A stretch of DNA of 64,000 bases, taken from NCBI GenBank assembly GCA_038143065.1, contig JAYQLI010000035.1:992001-1056000 (forward strand). Direction: 5' to 3'. This document shows, one piece after another, positions 1-9,610 of this stretch. Made by a program: the position numbers and the translations under genes. The stretch is from Rhodospirillales bacterium (GTDB lineage Bacteria; Pseudomonadota; Alphaproteobacteria; Bin95). The stretch's first letter is position 1, and each line of letters opens with the position of its first letter. The notes under the pieces are model-generated. The model saw only the letters and a list, made by a program, of their open reading frames with translations. It did no database searches and was not told the origin of the DNA.

Positions 1-234
1 TACGAATTTCTTAATTCTAAGATTGTCGCAAACATAGTTTTTAAAAAATAAAAACTTTAAGCCTTTGTTTTAAACAACTTTATAGATTTTAATTAAAACA
101 CTGAGCATACTTTTTTTGACATCCGAAACAATCTTACACACAAAATCTAACACCTAAAAATGAGCCACTGGGTTTAACTCCAACGTTCAATCGGCTATGC
201 AAATACTCAGATTGATCGTTACTATGAGCTGCTC

Positions 235-1183
235 ATGCTAACTCCTCTCGAGTTTGAAAAACCTATTCTCGAGCTTGAAGCTCGTATTGCAGATTTACGC
301 CAATTAGCTGAGAACGATGGCCTAGATATTGCAGAAGAAACCCGCAGACTTGAGCAGCGGATAGATAAGAGCCTTACACAAATTTATACCAAGCTCACTC
401 CATGGCAGCGTGTTCAAGTTGCTAGGCATCCTAACCGACCTCGGGCTCTTAATGTCCTGCATCGTCTTATTGGGGACTTCACACCTCTCGCAGGCGATAG
501 ACTTTTTGGGGAAGACGAGGCAATTGTAGGGGTATTGGGCGTTTTCGTGGACGCGGTGTAGTTGTTATTGGTCAGGAAAAAGGTGGTGATACGGCAAGCC
601 GTATGAAGCGTAATTTTGGCATGGCTCATCCAGAGGGTTACCGAAAAGCCATGCGCCTAATGGATATAGCTGAAAAATTTTCTCTGCCAGTTGTCAGTTT
701 TGTTGATACCCTGGCGCCTATCCTGGAATTGAAGCTGAAGAACGCGGTCAAGCTGAGGCTATAGCAAGATGTCTCCAACGTGGTCTTGAGTTGGAGACGC
801 CATTTGTTGCGGCGGTACTCGGCGAAGGTGGCTCTGGCGGTGCCGTTGCCATCGCTGCAGCTGATAAAGTTTTAATGTTTGAACACGCTGTCTACTCGGT
901 AATTTCTCCTGAAGGTTGTGCCTCAATACTATGGCGGTCAGCGGAGCATGCACCAGACGCTGCCGAAGCCCTTAAACTGACCGCTGCAGATCTATCAAGG
1001 TTGGGAGTAGTAGACACGGTCATCAAAGAGCCAGTAGGTGGCGCACATCGTAATCCAGAGGTCAGCATTGACGCTCTTGGCAATGCGATAGAGGTTGCTC
1101 TCAGACAAATTGAAACTGATGGTGTTGATGGCCCCACTTTGCGTAAACGGCGACGCGAACGTTTCCTAGCAATGGGCGGCTAA
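235..1183 (+). CDS. accA: Acetyl-CoA carboxylase carboxyltransferase alpha (two apparent 1-nt deletions)
   Basis: LEFEKPI...ARHPNRP; the middle frame reads GQEKG...[14 protein letters not shown]; C-terminal GEGGSGGA and [13 protein letters not shown]. Frame breaks at the G-run 529-532 and C-run 709-711. Confidence 0.95.
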
Positions 1184-1228
1184 CGTCTTTGATCTGATTA
1201 ATGAAGCGGCTTGGTTCAGGAAAGCAAA

Positions 1229-1687
1229 ATGTCCGGAAGTATAATTAGCGAGAAGGCGAAGTCTGCAATAGGTCAATCGCAGCCTCCTATTACTGCTGAG
1301 GTATCGCGCAGAGAAATCCAGAAATATTCTCTTGCAACCCAGCAATCACAGCAAAAGTATTTGGATGGGGATGAAGCACCTCCGATGTTTCTTTTTGGTT
1401 TACTCAGACCACTAACTCCTATTAGTGAGCTCGGACCTGACGGAATTGCTCGTGACGCTTCATTACCCGATCTTCCTCTGAAAAGGGTAATGGCTGGAGG
1501 AACAGAGATGATTTGGTCTAGACCCATCCGACCTGGAGATGTTCTTACAGCAACAAAAACTTTATCAGGCATGGAAGAAAAGCAAGGAAAGACTGGGCCA
1601 CTTATCCTTCTCCACTACGAACTTGACGTGCTTGATGCCAATGGCAGCCTTGTAGTTAAGGAACGCTCAACGAGGATTTGCAGATGA
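1229..1687 (+). CDS. MaoC-like hot-dog fold protein (dehydratase N-half type)
   Basis: APPMF and MAGGTEMIWSRPIRPGD motifs; AGGAAAG RBS before ATG 1229. Confidence 0.8.
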   Translation: MSGSIISEKAKSAIGQSQPPITAEVSRREIQKYSLATQQSQQKYLDGDEAPPMFLFGLLRPLTPISELGPDGIARDASLPDLPLKRVMAGGTEMIWSRPIRPGDVLTATKTLSGMEEKQGKTGPLILLHYELDVLDANGSLVVKERSTRICR

Positions 1688-2094
1688 GCCGGTTAGACCA
1701 AATAAATGTGGGTGATATCCTTCCTGAAAAACACCATACAGCAACTGAAGTCTCACTTTTCCTATACAATGCAGCAATCTGGAACCCGCATCGTATTCAT
1801 TACGATGCGCCCTATACTTCAGAGATAGAAAAACATCCCGCAATCGTCATTGATGGGCCGTTACAAGGCGATTGGCTAGCTCAATGTGTAACCGACTGGT
1901 TAGGATCAGACGGTCACTTAATGAAGTTTAGTTATTCGAACCGAAGGGCTGCGTACCTTGGTGAAACTCTCACAGCAACAGGAGAGGTAATCGCAAAAGA
2001 TGAAACCGCTAGGACGGTAGATCTTCGTCTTGGCATTCGAAATGAAAACGGTGAAATCATTTCTCCAGGTTCAGCTACCCTGAAATTCGGATAA
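1684..2094 (+). CDS. MaoC-like hot-dog dehydratase (catalytic-half type)
   Basis: NPHRIHYD...GPL hydratase motif; ATGA overlap with the upstream gene. Confidence 0.8.
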   Translation: MSRLDQINVGDILPEKHHTATEVSLFLYNAAIWNPHRIHYDAPYTSEIEKHPAIVIDGPLQGDWLAQCVTDWLGSDGHLMKFSYSNRRAAYLGETLTATGEVIAKDETARTVDLRLGIRNENGEIISPGSATLKFG

Positions 2095-2168
2095 ACCAAT
2101 AGAGAACTAGTTTCTTAGCAGCAATTTTGATTGCTACCTCTTCCATTCGTAAGGATGAAAACTTTAAT

Positions 2169-3170
2169 TCAGCTCATCCAAGGTGGGGTCGGCAGGCCTT
2201 TTTCTTTTAAGAAAGATGGATTGTACATTTTGCTCATGTAACGCGCTCCAGCATCACATAAAATTGTGACAATAGTTTTACCGGGACCGAGCTCTTTCGC
2301 TAACCGGATAGCTCCGGCCACATTGACGCCAGAAGACCCCCCTAAACAAAAGCCCTCATATTGCAAGAGATCATAAGCAATTTTTAAGCTCTCATCGTCT
2401 GGAATTTGATAAGCTTTATCGATTGGAGCGTCTTCTAAATTGGCTGTTATTCGGCCCTGACCAATACCTTCTGTGATTGAAGAGCCCTCGGCTTTTAAAA
2501 CTCCGTTTGTGTAATACTCAAAAAGAGCTGCTCCCGGCGGATCAGCAAGACCAATCATAATGTTGGGATTCTTCGACTTGAGTCCCATACCTGTGCCAGC
2601 TAGGGTTCCACCGGTACCAACTGCACAAATAAAGCCATCAACTTTACCTTCAGTTTGGTTCCATATTTCTTCAGCTGTCGATCGCTTATGACCTTCTCTG
2701 TTAGCGACATTGTCAAACTGATTAGCCCATATCGCGCCAGCAGGCTCAGTTTTAGCCCGCTCTTCAGCCAAACGTCGAGAAACGTGCACATAATTATTCG
2801 GGTCCTTGTAAGGAGCAGCAGGCACCTGAATGAGTTCTGCTCCGGCGAGGGTCAACATATCCTTCTTCTCTTGGGATTGGGTCTCAGGAATTACAATAAC
2901 AGTTTTATAACCCCGAGCGTTTCCAACAAGGGCAAGCCCAATTCCCGTATTCCCCGCTGTACCCTCTACGATCACCCCTCCGGGCTTAAGTAAACCTCGT
3001 TCTTCGGCATCCATTACAATTGCTAATGCCGCACGATCCTTGACGGAACCGCCAGGATTCATAAATTCGCATTTTCCAAGAATTTCACAGCCAGTCTCTT
3101 CACTTGCACGGGTAAGGCGAACGAGAGGCGTGTTACCTATGGCGTCAATAAAGTCGCGACGATACTCCAT
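2169..3170 (-). CDS. cysK: Cysteine synthase A
   Basis: IGNTPL, NPGGSVKDR (PLP lysine), TAGNTG, GTGGT, EGIG. Confidence 0.93.
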   Translation of the reverse strand: MEYRRDFIDAIGNTPLVRLTRASEETGCEILGKCEFMNPGGSVKDRAALAIVMDAEERGLLKPGGVIVEGTAGNTGIGLALVGNARGYKTVIVIPETQSQEKKDMLTLAGAELIQVPAAPYKDPNNYVHVSRRLAEERAKTEPAGAIWANQFDNVANREGHKRSTAEEIWNQTEGKVDGFICAVGTGGTLAGTGMGLKSKNPNIMIGLADPPGAALFEYYTNGVLKAEGSSITEGIGQGRITANLEDAPIDKAYQIPDDESLKIAYDLLQYEGFCLGGSSGVNVAGAIRLAKELGPGKTIVTILCDAGARYMSKMYNPSFLKEKGLPTPPWMS

Positions 3171-3359
3171 AAAAAATCATCCTTGGATTTATAAAAATGC
3201 GATAATTAAAAACATATAAGAGAATAATATCTGATAAACAGGCTTAGATTTTCTTTCTAACAATGCGATAGTGAAAAATCACCATTTCTTTTTTAATTAG
3301 GAATACATATCTCCAACTAGTTTCTAAATTAAGAAAATTTGCTTTATAATCTGTCCGAG

Positions 3360-4056
3360 ATGAAAAAAATGTTCAACAGACTTTTCCAGGAAATAGATTC
3401 CTATGTCGCACGTGACCCTGCGCTGAGAAGTCGTTGGGACGTGATTTTATCTTATCCTGGATTTCATGCTCTCACATGCTATCGATTTTCAAGTTGGCTT
3501 TGGCGTCAAAAATTATTCACTCTTGGACGCTTTGTGTCACACTTGGGACGAATACTTTCAGGAATTGAAATCCATCCAGGGGCTAAAATTGGCGAACGCC
3601 TTTTTCATAGATCATGGAATGGGTGTTGTTATAGGCGAGACGGCAGAAATCGGGGATGACGTAACAATATATCAAGGGGTATCTCTTGGCGGAACCTCGC
3701 TTGCGAAGGGTAAGCGTCATCCCACTCTGGAAGACGGTGTAATTGTTGGCTCTGGCGCACAAATATTAGGTCCTTTTACGGTCGGCGCTGGTGCAAGGGT
3801 CGGCGCTAACGCGGTAGTTCTAGACGCAGTACCACCCGGGGTTACCGTTGTTGGAATACCAGCAACAATCGCGCAAAGATCCAAACCTGCATCTCAACCA
3901 GAAGATTTTGCTGCTTATGCGGTTGGTGAAGAGATCAGTGACCCATTAGCTAAATCAATTGTTCAAATGCAGGAAGATTTAGAGACCCTACGCGCTCGCG
4001 TCGAAGAATTAGAAGCCGAGCAAACTTCAGCAACTAACGCGGCGCGTTTAGCCTAG
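3360..4056 (+). CDS. cysE: Serine O-acetyltransferase (frameshift near 3601-3605)
   Basis: RDPA...YPGFHA...GIEIHPGAKIG continues in the second frame as FIDHGMGVVIGETAEIGDDVTIYQGVSLGG...KRHP. Confidence 0.93.
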
Positions 4057-5092
4057 CAGCCTCCGCCATTACTTCCACAGCTTCATCTTGGTTGGACCGA
4101 ACGTAGAGGGAATCAATCATCTCAGTGTCTTCCCAACGACGATAGCGCTGTTTAATCCTTGACGGAGGTCCAACAAGAGCTTTTTCATCAACCCACTCAT
4201 CTGGAACGGCTGCGGCCGCTTCATCTTTTCGTCCTGCTAAGAAAAGTTCTTGGATCCTAATAGCTGCATCCCCAAAGCCTCTCCGAACCATCATGTCGTT
4301 ATGAAAATTCTTGTTACGATGACCCATACCACCAACATATAAAGCGACCTCGGGCTTTAGACGATCAAGAGCCGCCTTCACATCGTGGTCCACATCAACA
4401 TGAGCAGATGCGATAATCTCAAAATTGTGAAAGCCTTTATCCATACCTTTGGCTCGGGCTCGCTCAAAACCCTGCTCTACCCAGGGCAAGTACTCCTTCG
4501 CGGCATCAGGGGTCAGTCCCAGAGGTAACCAACCATCGCAAATCTCAGCTGTTAACCGAACTGTAGCCTCATTTCCTGCACCAATCATAATTGGGATGTC
4601 TGAATTCATGTGCAAGATAGATTTTAAAGGCTTACCCACTCCTGCCTCACCAGGGCCATGGTACGGAAGACTAATTTCACGCCCATCGTGCGTAACGGGG
4701 CTTTCCCTGCTAAACACCTTCCGCATAATTTCTACATAGTCTTTCAAACGATTGTTGGGCCGCCCCCAAGGCTGGCCATACCAACCTTCAACAATTTGCG
4801 GACCTTAAACCCCAAGACCGGCTATAAAACGGCCACCTCCAGCCAAAGCATCGACCGTAGCAGCAGACATAGCAGCATTAGCAGGAGTTCGGGCAGCGAG
4901 TTGCATAATTGCAGTGCCTAGCCGAATACTGCTTGTCTGAGCAGCTATAAAAGCAAGTGGCGTCACTGCATCAGACCCGTATGCTTCAGCTGTCCAGACA
5001 GCATCATACCCTAAAGCCTCGGCTCTCTTTATACGCTCAATTGGGATTTCAAGGTTAGCACCAGAATACCCAATCGACAGCCCTAACCGCAT
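4034..5092 (-). CDS. LLM-class (luciferase-like), probably F420-dependent oxidoreductase; in-frame TAA at 4805-4807
   Basis: [37 protein letters not shown]; both ORF fragments are in the same frame. Confidence 0.85.
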
Positions 5093-5360
5093 TTTCTATC
5101 TCCAATCAAACTTCACAAGCTAGTATGAGCAAGTTGCGCTAACTTTTGACCGTAATTCAGCATTACCTAAGAAGACGTGATCTCATCTATCGATGCATCT
5201 AGTCGCTATTCACCAACTTTGGCAATCGAAACATCACGGCTAGCTTACTGCTTGGCTAATTTACCTGCAAAATTACCAAGGATAAATATACTGCCGATTA
5301 ACAGCACAACAATACATTCAAACCACCGCTCGAACCGCGCATAATTTTTGCAGATTGGAG

Positions 5361-5434
5361 TGGTGAGCGCAGGGATCTGAACCCTGGACCGACGGATTAA
5401 AAGTCCGTTGCTCTACCAGCTGAGCTACACGCTC
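5361..5434 (-). tRNA. tRNA-Lys(UUU)
   Basis: GAGCGTG TAGCTCAGCTGGTAGAGC, anticodon arm ACGGA-CTTTTAA-TCCGT, T arm CAGGG-TTCAGAT-CCCTG, encoded ACCA. The 3' acceptor strand is 2 nt short and the T loop is atypical. Confidence 0.9.
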
Positions 5435-5468
5435 TCCGTGATTGCCTAATTAGGCGAGGAGTGACCGG

Positions 5469-5497
5469 AAACTATTGCGCCTTGCCCTCTGGGTCAA
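5469..5497 (-). promoter_or_regulatory. Sigma70-type promoter for tRNA-Lys
   Basis: TTGACC-N17-TAGTTT on the minus strand, about 35 nt upstream of the tRNA. Confidence 0.6.
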
Positions 5498-5525
5498 GAC
5501 GTTCTTTTCTACTAATTAATAAGCT

Positions 5526-6056
5526 TTAGAAGCTGCTCCAGATAATACCTCCGCCTTTAGCAAGACGCTCATTTAACGCATCCTTTACATGCGCCGGCAC
5601 AAACGTCGAAATATCCCCACCAAGCCCTCCAATTTCTTTGACAAAGCGCGAGGAGATAAATTGGCACCGCTCTGAGGCCATTAGAAAAATGGTCTCAATG
5701 TCATTATTCAAACGACTATTCATCCCTGCCATTTGAAATTCATAATCGAAATCTGAAACAGCTCGCAACCCGCGAACGATGCAGGTAGCCCCATTTGCTT
5801 CCGCATAATGCACCAATAACCCATCCATGGTCTGAACAACTATCCGATTTGCTAGTTGCACGTCCTCTAGATTATCAACCCATTCGCGCACCATGGAGAC
5901 GCGCTTGTCAATATCAAACATAGGTCCTTTGCCGGCATTAATAGCCACGCCTACTATCAATTTGTCGACCAGCTTGGCTCCACGCAGAATGATATCAAAA
6001 TGTCCATTCGTAGGTGGGTCAAACGTCCCAGGATAGAGCCCTACAACACTTGACAT
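5526..6056 (-). CDS. coaD: Pantetheine-phosphate adenylyltransferase
   Basis: YPGTFDPPTNGH, RGLRAVSDFDYE, ISSRFVKEI. Confidence 0.96.
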   Translation of the reverse strand: MSSVVGLYPGTFDPPTNGHFDIILRGAKLVDKLIVGVAINAGKGPMFDIDKRVSMVREWVDNLEDVQLANRIVVQTMDGLLVHYAEANGATCIVRGLRAVSDFDYEFQMAGMNSRLNNDIETIFLMASERCQFISSRFVKEIGGLGGDISTFVPAHVKDALNERLAKGGGIIWSSF

Positions 6057-6079
6057 AAACTATACTCCCAGAGCTTTGC

Positions 6080-8763
6080 TTATTCAGTTACTTCCGAGTC
6101 TTCTGTTAGATCCGAAGAACTAACTTCATCTTGCTCACGTAAAGGGGAAACCGAAACAACCCGGTCTCCATTTGCAACGTCAAATATCCTGACCCCACGA
6201 GTCGAACGCCGAGCAATTCTGATCTCATCGACTGGACATCTGATTAGCTGCCCGCCATTGGTAACAAGTACAAGCCCATCATTATCAGAAATTGGGAATG
6301 CCCCAACAACTTCAGCCCCTTCATCAAGACTCATTAATTCAATACCTTTGCCCCCTCTTCGGGTTACTCGGTAGTCATAGGATGAAGATCGTTTGCCAAC
6401 CCCATTAGATCCCAGAGTTAGAATAAACTGTTCCCGCCCCCTAAATTCCTCGACAATTTCAGGAGGTAGAGCGCTGTCTGTTTGAGATCTCGCCTCGTCG
6501 CATAGCTGTTGATTGTTTTAGATAAGCGTCTCGCTCTTCCGCCACAAACTCGGCACCATCAATGATTGAAAGCGAAATGACACCGTCGCCGCTGGCCAGG
6601 TCAATACCGCGATTTCCCGTTGAATTGCGCCCTGCAAATACACGTACTTCCTCAATTGGGAAACGAATACAGCGAGCGCGTGCAGTAGCTAATATGACAT
6701 GATTACCAGGCTCACAGAGCTCAACACCTATTAGCGCGTCTCCATCACTGAGTTTCATAGCAATCTTGCCATTTGCCATGACATTGGAGAAGTCGGAGAG
6801 AAGATTACGACGAACATTACCAGACTGGGTGGCAAACATTACATTCATATTATCCCATTCTGCGGGGTCCTAGGGAAGAGGAAGTACAGCTGAGATAGTT
6901 TCACCTTCATCCAAAGGAAGAAGCTGGACCAGCGGACGTCCCCGAGAGTTAGGGCCGCCTAAGGGCAATTTGTAGACCTTTAATTTGTAAACAATACCCT
7001 TGGTGGTAAAGAAGAGGACCGGAGCATGAGTTGAAGCTACAAAAACATCCCGAACAACATCCTCATCACGGGTCGACATTCCTGAGCGACCCTTACCACC
7101 GCGCTTTTGCTCGCGATATTCTGCTAAAGCAGATCGTTTTACATAGCCATTGGCAGAAACAGTCACCACCATTTCTTCCCGCTGGATCAGGTCTTCGTCA
7201 TCCTGATCTGCCCCACCTTCTTCGATCTGCGTCCTCCGCGGTGTACCAAACCTCTCCTTCAAGCTATTCAGTTCACCACACATAACCTCAAGTAACCGCG
7301 CCCGATTTCCGAGTATCTCTAAAAATTCTCTAATATTTTCGGCTGTTTCATCCAATTCTTCGGTGATTTTCTCACGTTCCAGCCCTGTCAAACGATGCAA
7401 GCGGAGGTCCAAAATTGCTCGCGCTTGTATTTCAGAAAATCTGTAACCCTCGTCAGTAAGCGCTCCGCTTTCCTCTGCTCCAAGTAGAGCCACCAAAGGA
7501 GCAACATCAGAGGCTGGCCAAGCCCTGGAAAACAGAGGCTTCCCGTGCTGCTTGCGGGTCAGGAGCAGCACGGATAACAGCTATCACCTCATCGATGTTA
7601 GCGACCGCTACTACAAGGCCAAGTAACACGTGCCCTCGAGCACGTGCTTTTGCGAGTTCATACTGGGTTCGCCGTGCAATAACCTGTTCACGGAAGGCAA
7701 CAAACGCTTCTAGAACAGATTTGATCGATAGCAGCTCTGGACGTCCACCATTCAGAGCGAGCATGTTAACGCCAAAACTAGTTTGAAGCGCGGTGTGACG
7801 GAATAGCTGATTAAGTACAACCTCGGCGTTAGCATCGCGCTTGAGATCAACAACTATACGAACACCATGCCGATCGCTTTCATCACGCAACTCTGAGATG
7901 CCTTCGACGAGCTTTAATGCAGAGACCTCGGCAATCCTCTCAACAAGTCGTGATTTATTAATTTGGTATGGAATCTCATGGACCAGAATGGCATTACGAC
8001 GGAGGTCTATTTCCGTCTTCGCTCGCATAATTACCGAACCTCTGCCAGTTGCAAATGCCTGTCGAATTCCACCGCGTCCCATTATGAGACCGCCAGTTGG
8101 GAAGTCTGGGCCAGGAATTATTTCCAGAAGAGCGTCTAGATCTATTTGAGGGTTTTCGATAAGTGCAAGCGTTGCTTCTATGACTTCGCTTAAATTATGA
8201 GGCGGGATATTCGTTGCCATGCCAACGGCAATTCCACCCGCACCGTTAACTAGGAGATGTGGAAATTGTGCTGGTAAAACCGCCGGCTCGTTATCTGATT
8301 CATCATAATTGGCCTGAAAATCGACCGTATCCTTATCTATATCGGCTAAAAGAGCTTCCGCAGAATTAGCCAGACGCGCCTCTGTGTAGCGCATGGCTGC
8401 TGGCGGATCCCCATCCATGGAGCCAAAATTACCCTGACCAGACACAAGAGGCAGACGCATGGAAAAATCTTGGGCCATCCGCACAAGAGCGTCATAGATC
8501 GCTGAATCGCCATGGGGGTGATACTTACCCATCACGTCACCAACTATGCGAGCTGACTTTCTAAAAGGGCGGCTCCAATCATAGCCCCCCTCACGCATGG
8601 CATAGAGAATACGACGGTGAACCGGCTTTAAGCCATCTCGAACATCGGGGATTGCCCTAGCGACAATCACACTCATAGCATAATCGAGATAAGAGCGTTG
8701 CATCTCCTCTTCTATGGAGACGGCACGCACCTCGTCTGAACGCGGTGGCGAGGTGTCTGACAC
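6080..8763 (-). CDS. gyrA: DNA gyrase subunit A (two frameshifts and one in-frame TAG)
   Basis: [24 protein letters not shown], GyrA-box QKRGGKG, beta-pinwheel repeats. Breaks near 7530, 6870 and 6485; GTG start at 8763 inferred. Confidence 0.96.
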
Positions 8764-8931
8764 GCAAAAACTCCCAGAACAGTGACGCAATAAATAGCGC
8801 CAAGAAAGTATTTTTTATAGCAAATTTCTCATTGGGAATAAACTACAAAGACAAGGAAATTGGCATCCTTTCAATGGCACAAAGCGTAAATGAGAAACGC
8901 TTAATGATATGCCAAAACTAAGAAGGCCTCA

Positions 8932-9420
8932 TTAGAATGGGATATCATCATCCAAATCCATTGGTGCTGGCCTTGAACCCTGGCTATCCGATGCTAACGC
9001 TGCACCAGCAGAGCGTTGCGGCATGCTTTGATAATCTCCGCCACCGTCTTCTGATCCGGTTCCTTCACCTCGTCCATCAAGCATTGTTAGCTCACCGCGG
9101 AAACGGCCTAGAACGACTTCGGTAGAATATCGATCAGCACCTGATTGATCCTGCCACTTCCTAGTTTGAAGTTGTCCTTCAATAAAAACTTTACTGCCTT
9201 TCCGAAGAAACCGTTCTGAGACATCCACTAAGTTTTCATTGAATATAACAACACGATGCCACTCTGTTTGCTCGCGTCGTTCGCCAGACTGTCTATCTCG
9301 CCAACGCTCCGATGTGGCAACTGATAGACGAGCAAATCTGCGGCCATCTTGTGTTTGGGTATATTCTGGATCACGACCAAGATTGCCAACAAGAATAACT
9401 TTATTAACGCTGCCAGACAT
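8932..9420 (-). CDS. ssb: Single-stranded DNA-binding protein
   Basis: SVNKVILVGNLGRDPE, EWHRVV, C-terminal DDDIPF. Confidence 0.98.
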   Translation of the reverse strand: MSGSVNKVILVGNLGRDPEYTQTQDGRRFARLSVATSERWRDRQSGERREQTEWHRVVIFNENLVDVSERFLRKGSKVFIEGQLQTRKWQDQSGADRYSTEVVLGRFRGELTMLDGRGEGTGSEDGGGDYQSMPQRSAGAALASDSQGSRPAPMDLDDDIPF

Positions 9421-9526
9421 GGGGTTGTCTCCAAAGGGTTCAAAACTAATGAAAAACGCCTAATTCGGTTTTATCCATCACGTTATCATAGTAACTGAGT
9501 TGAGTAAGATTCGGCGACCCAAAGGC

Positions 9527-9544
9527 GTTTGTTTTTTGTCCACA
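9527..9544. promoter_or_regulatory. Degenerate alphaproteobacterial LexA-like box overlapping a DnaA-like box
   Basis: GTTT-N7-GTCC (two mismatches to GTTC-N7-GTTC) and TTGTCCACA (one mismatch to TTATCCACA) in the divergent ssb/uvrA promoter. Confidence 0.35.
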
Positions 9545-9610
9545 GATAAAAAAGATCATTCGTAGGGTTCAAGCCTTATATCTCGATGAAAAGAGAAGAA
9601 GACACTGTCA

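Noticed and set aside
1-234. AT-rich leader as replication origin or CtrA-bound region
   Set aside because: No DnaA box cluster, TTAA pairs are not spaced by 7 nt, and the upstream context is cut off.
3196-3270. AATGCGATA direct repeat in the cysK/cysE divergent promoter
   Set aside because: Only 9 bp, two copies, in AT-rich DNA; cannot be told from chance.
5245-5345. Short hydrophobic minus-strand frame after tRNA-Lys (…ERWFECIVVLLIGSIFILGNFAGKLAKQ)
   Set aside because: No in-frame start codon or RBS between it and the tRNA; at most a remnant.
5100-5434. Genomic island integrated at tRNA-Lys
   Set aside because: No integrase, no duplicated tRNA 3' end seen, and core genes resume within about 1.3 kb.
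4805-6872. Stop-codon reassignment or programmed readthrough (TAA in the LLM gene, TAG in gyrA)
   Set aside because: Two different stop codons, one case each; TAA, TAG and TGA all end genes normally elsewhere in the window.
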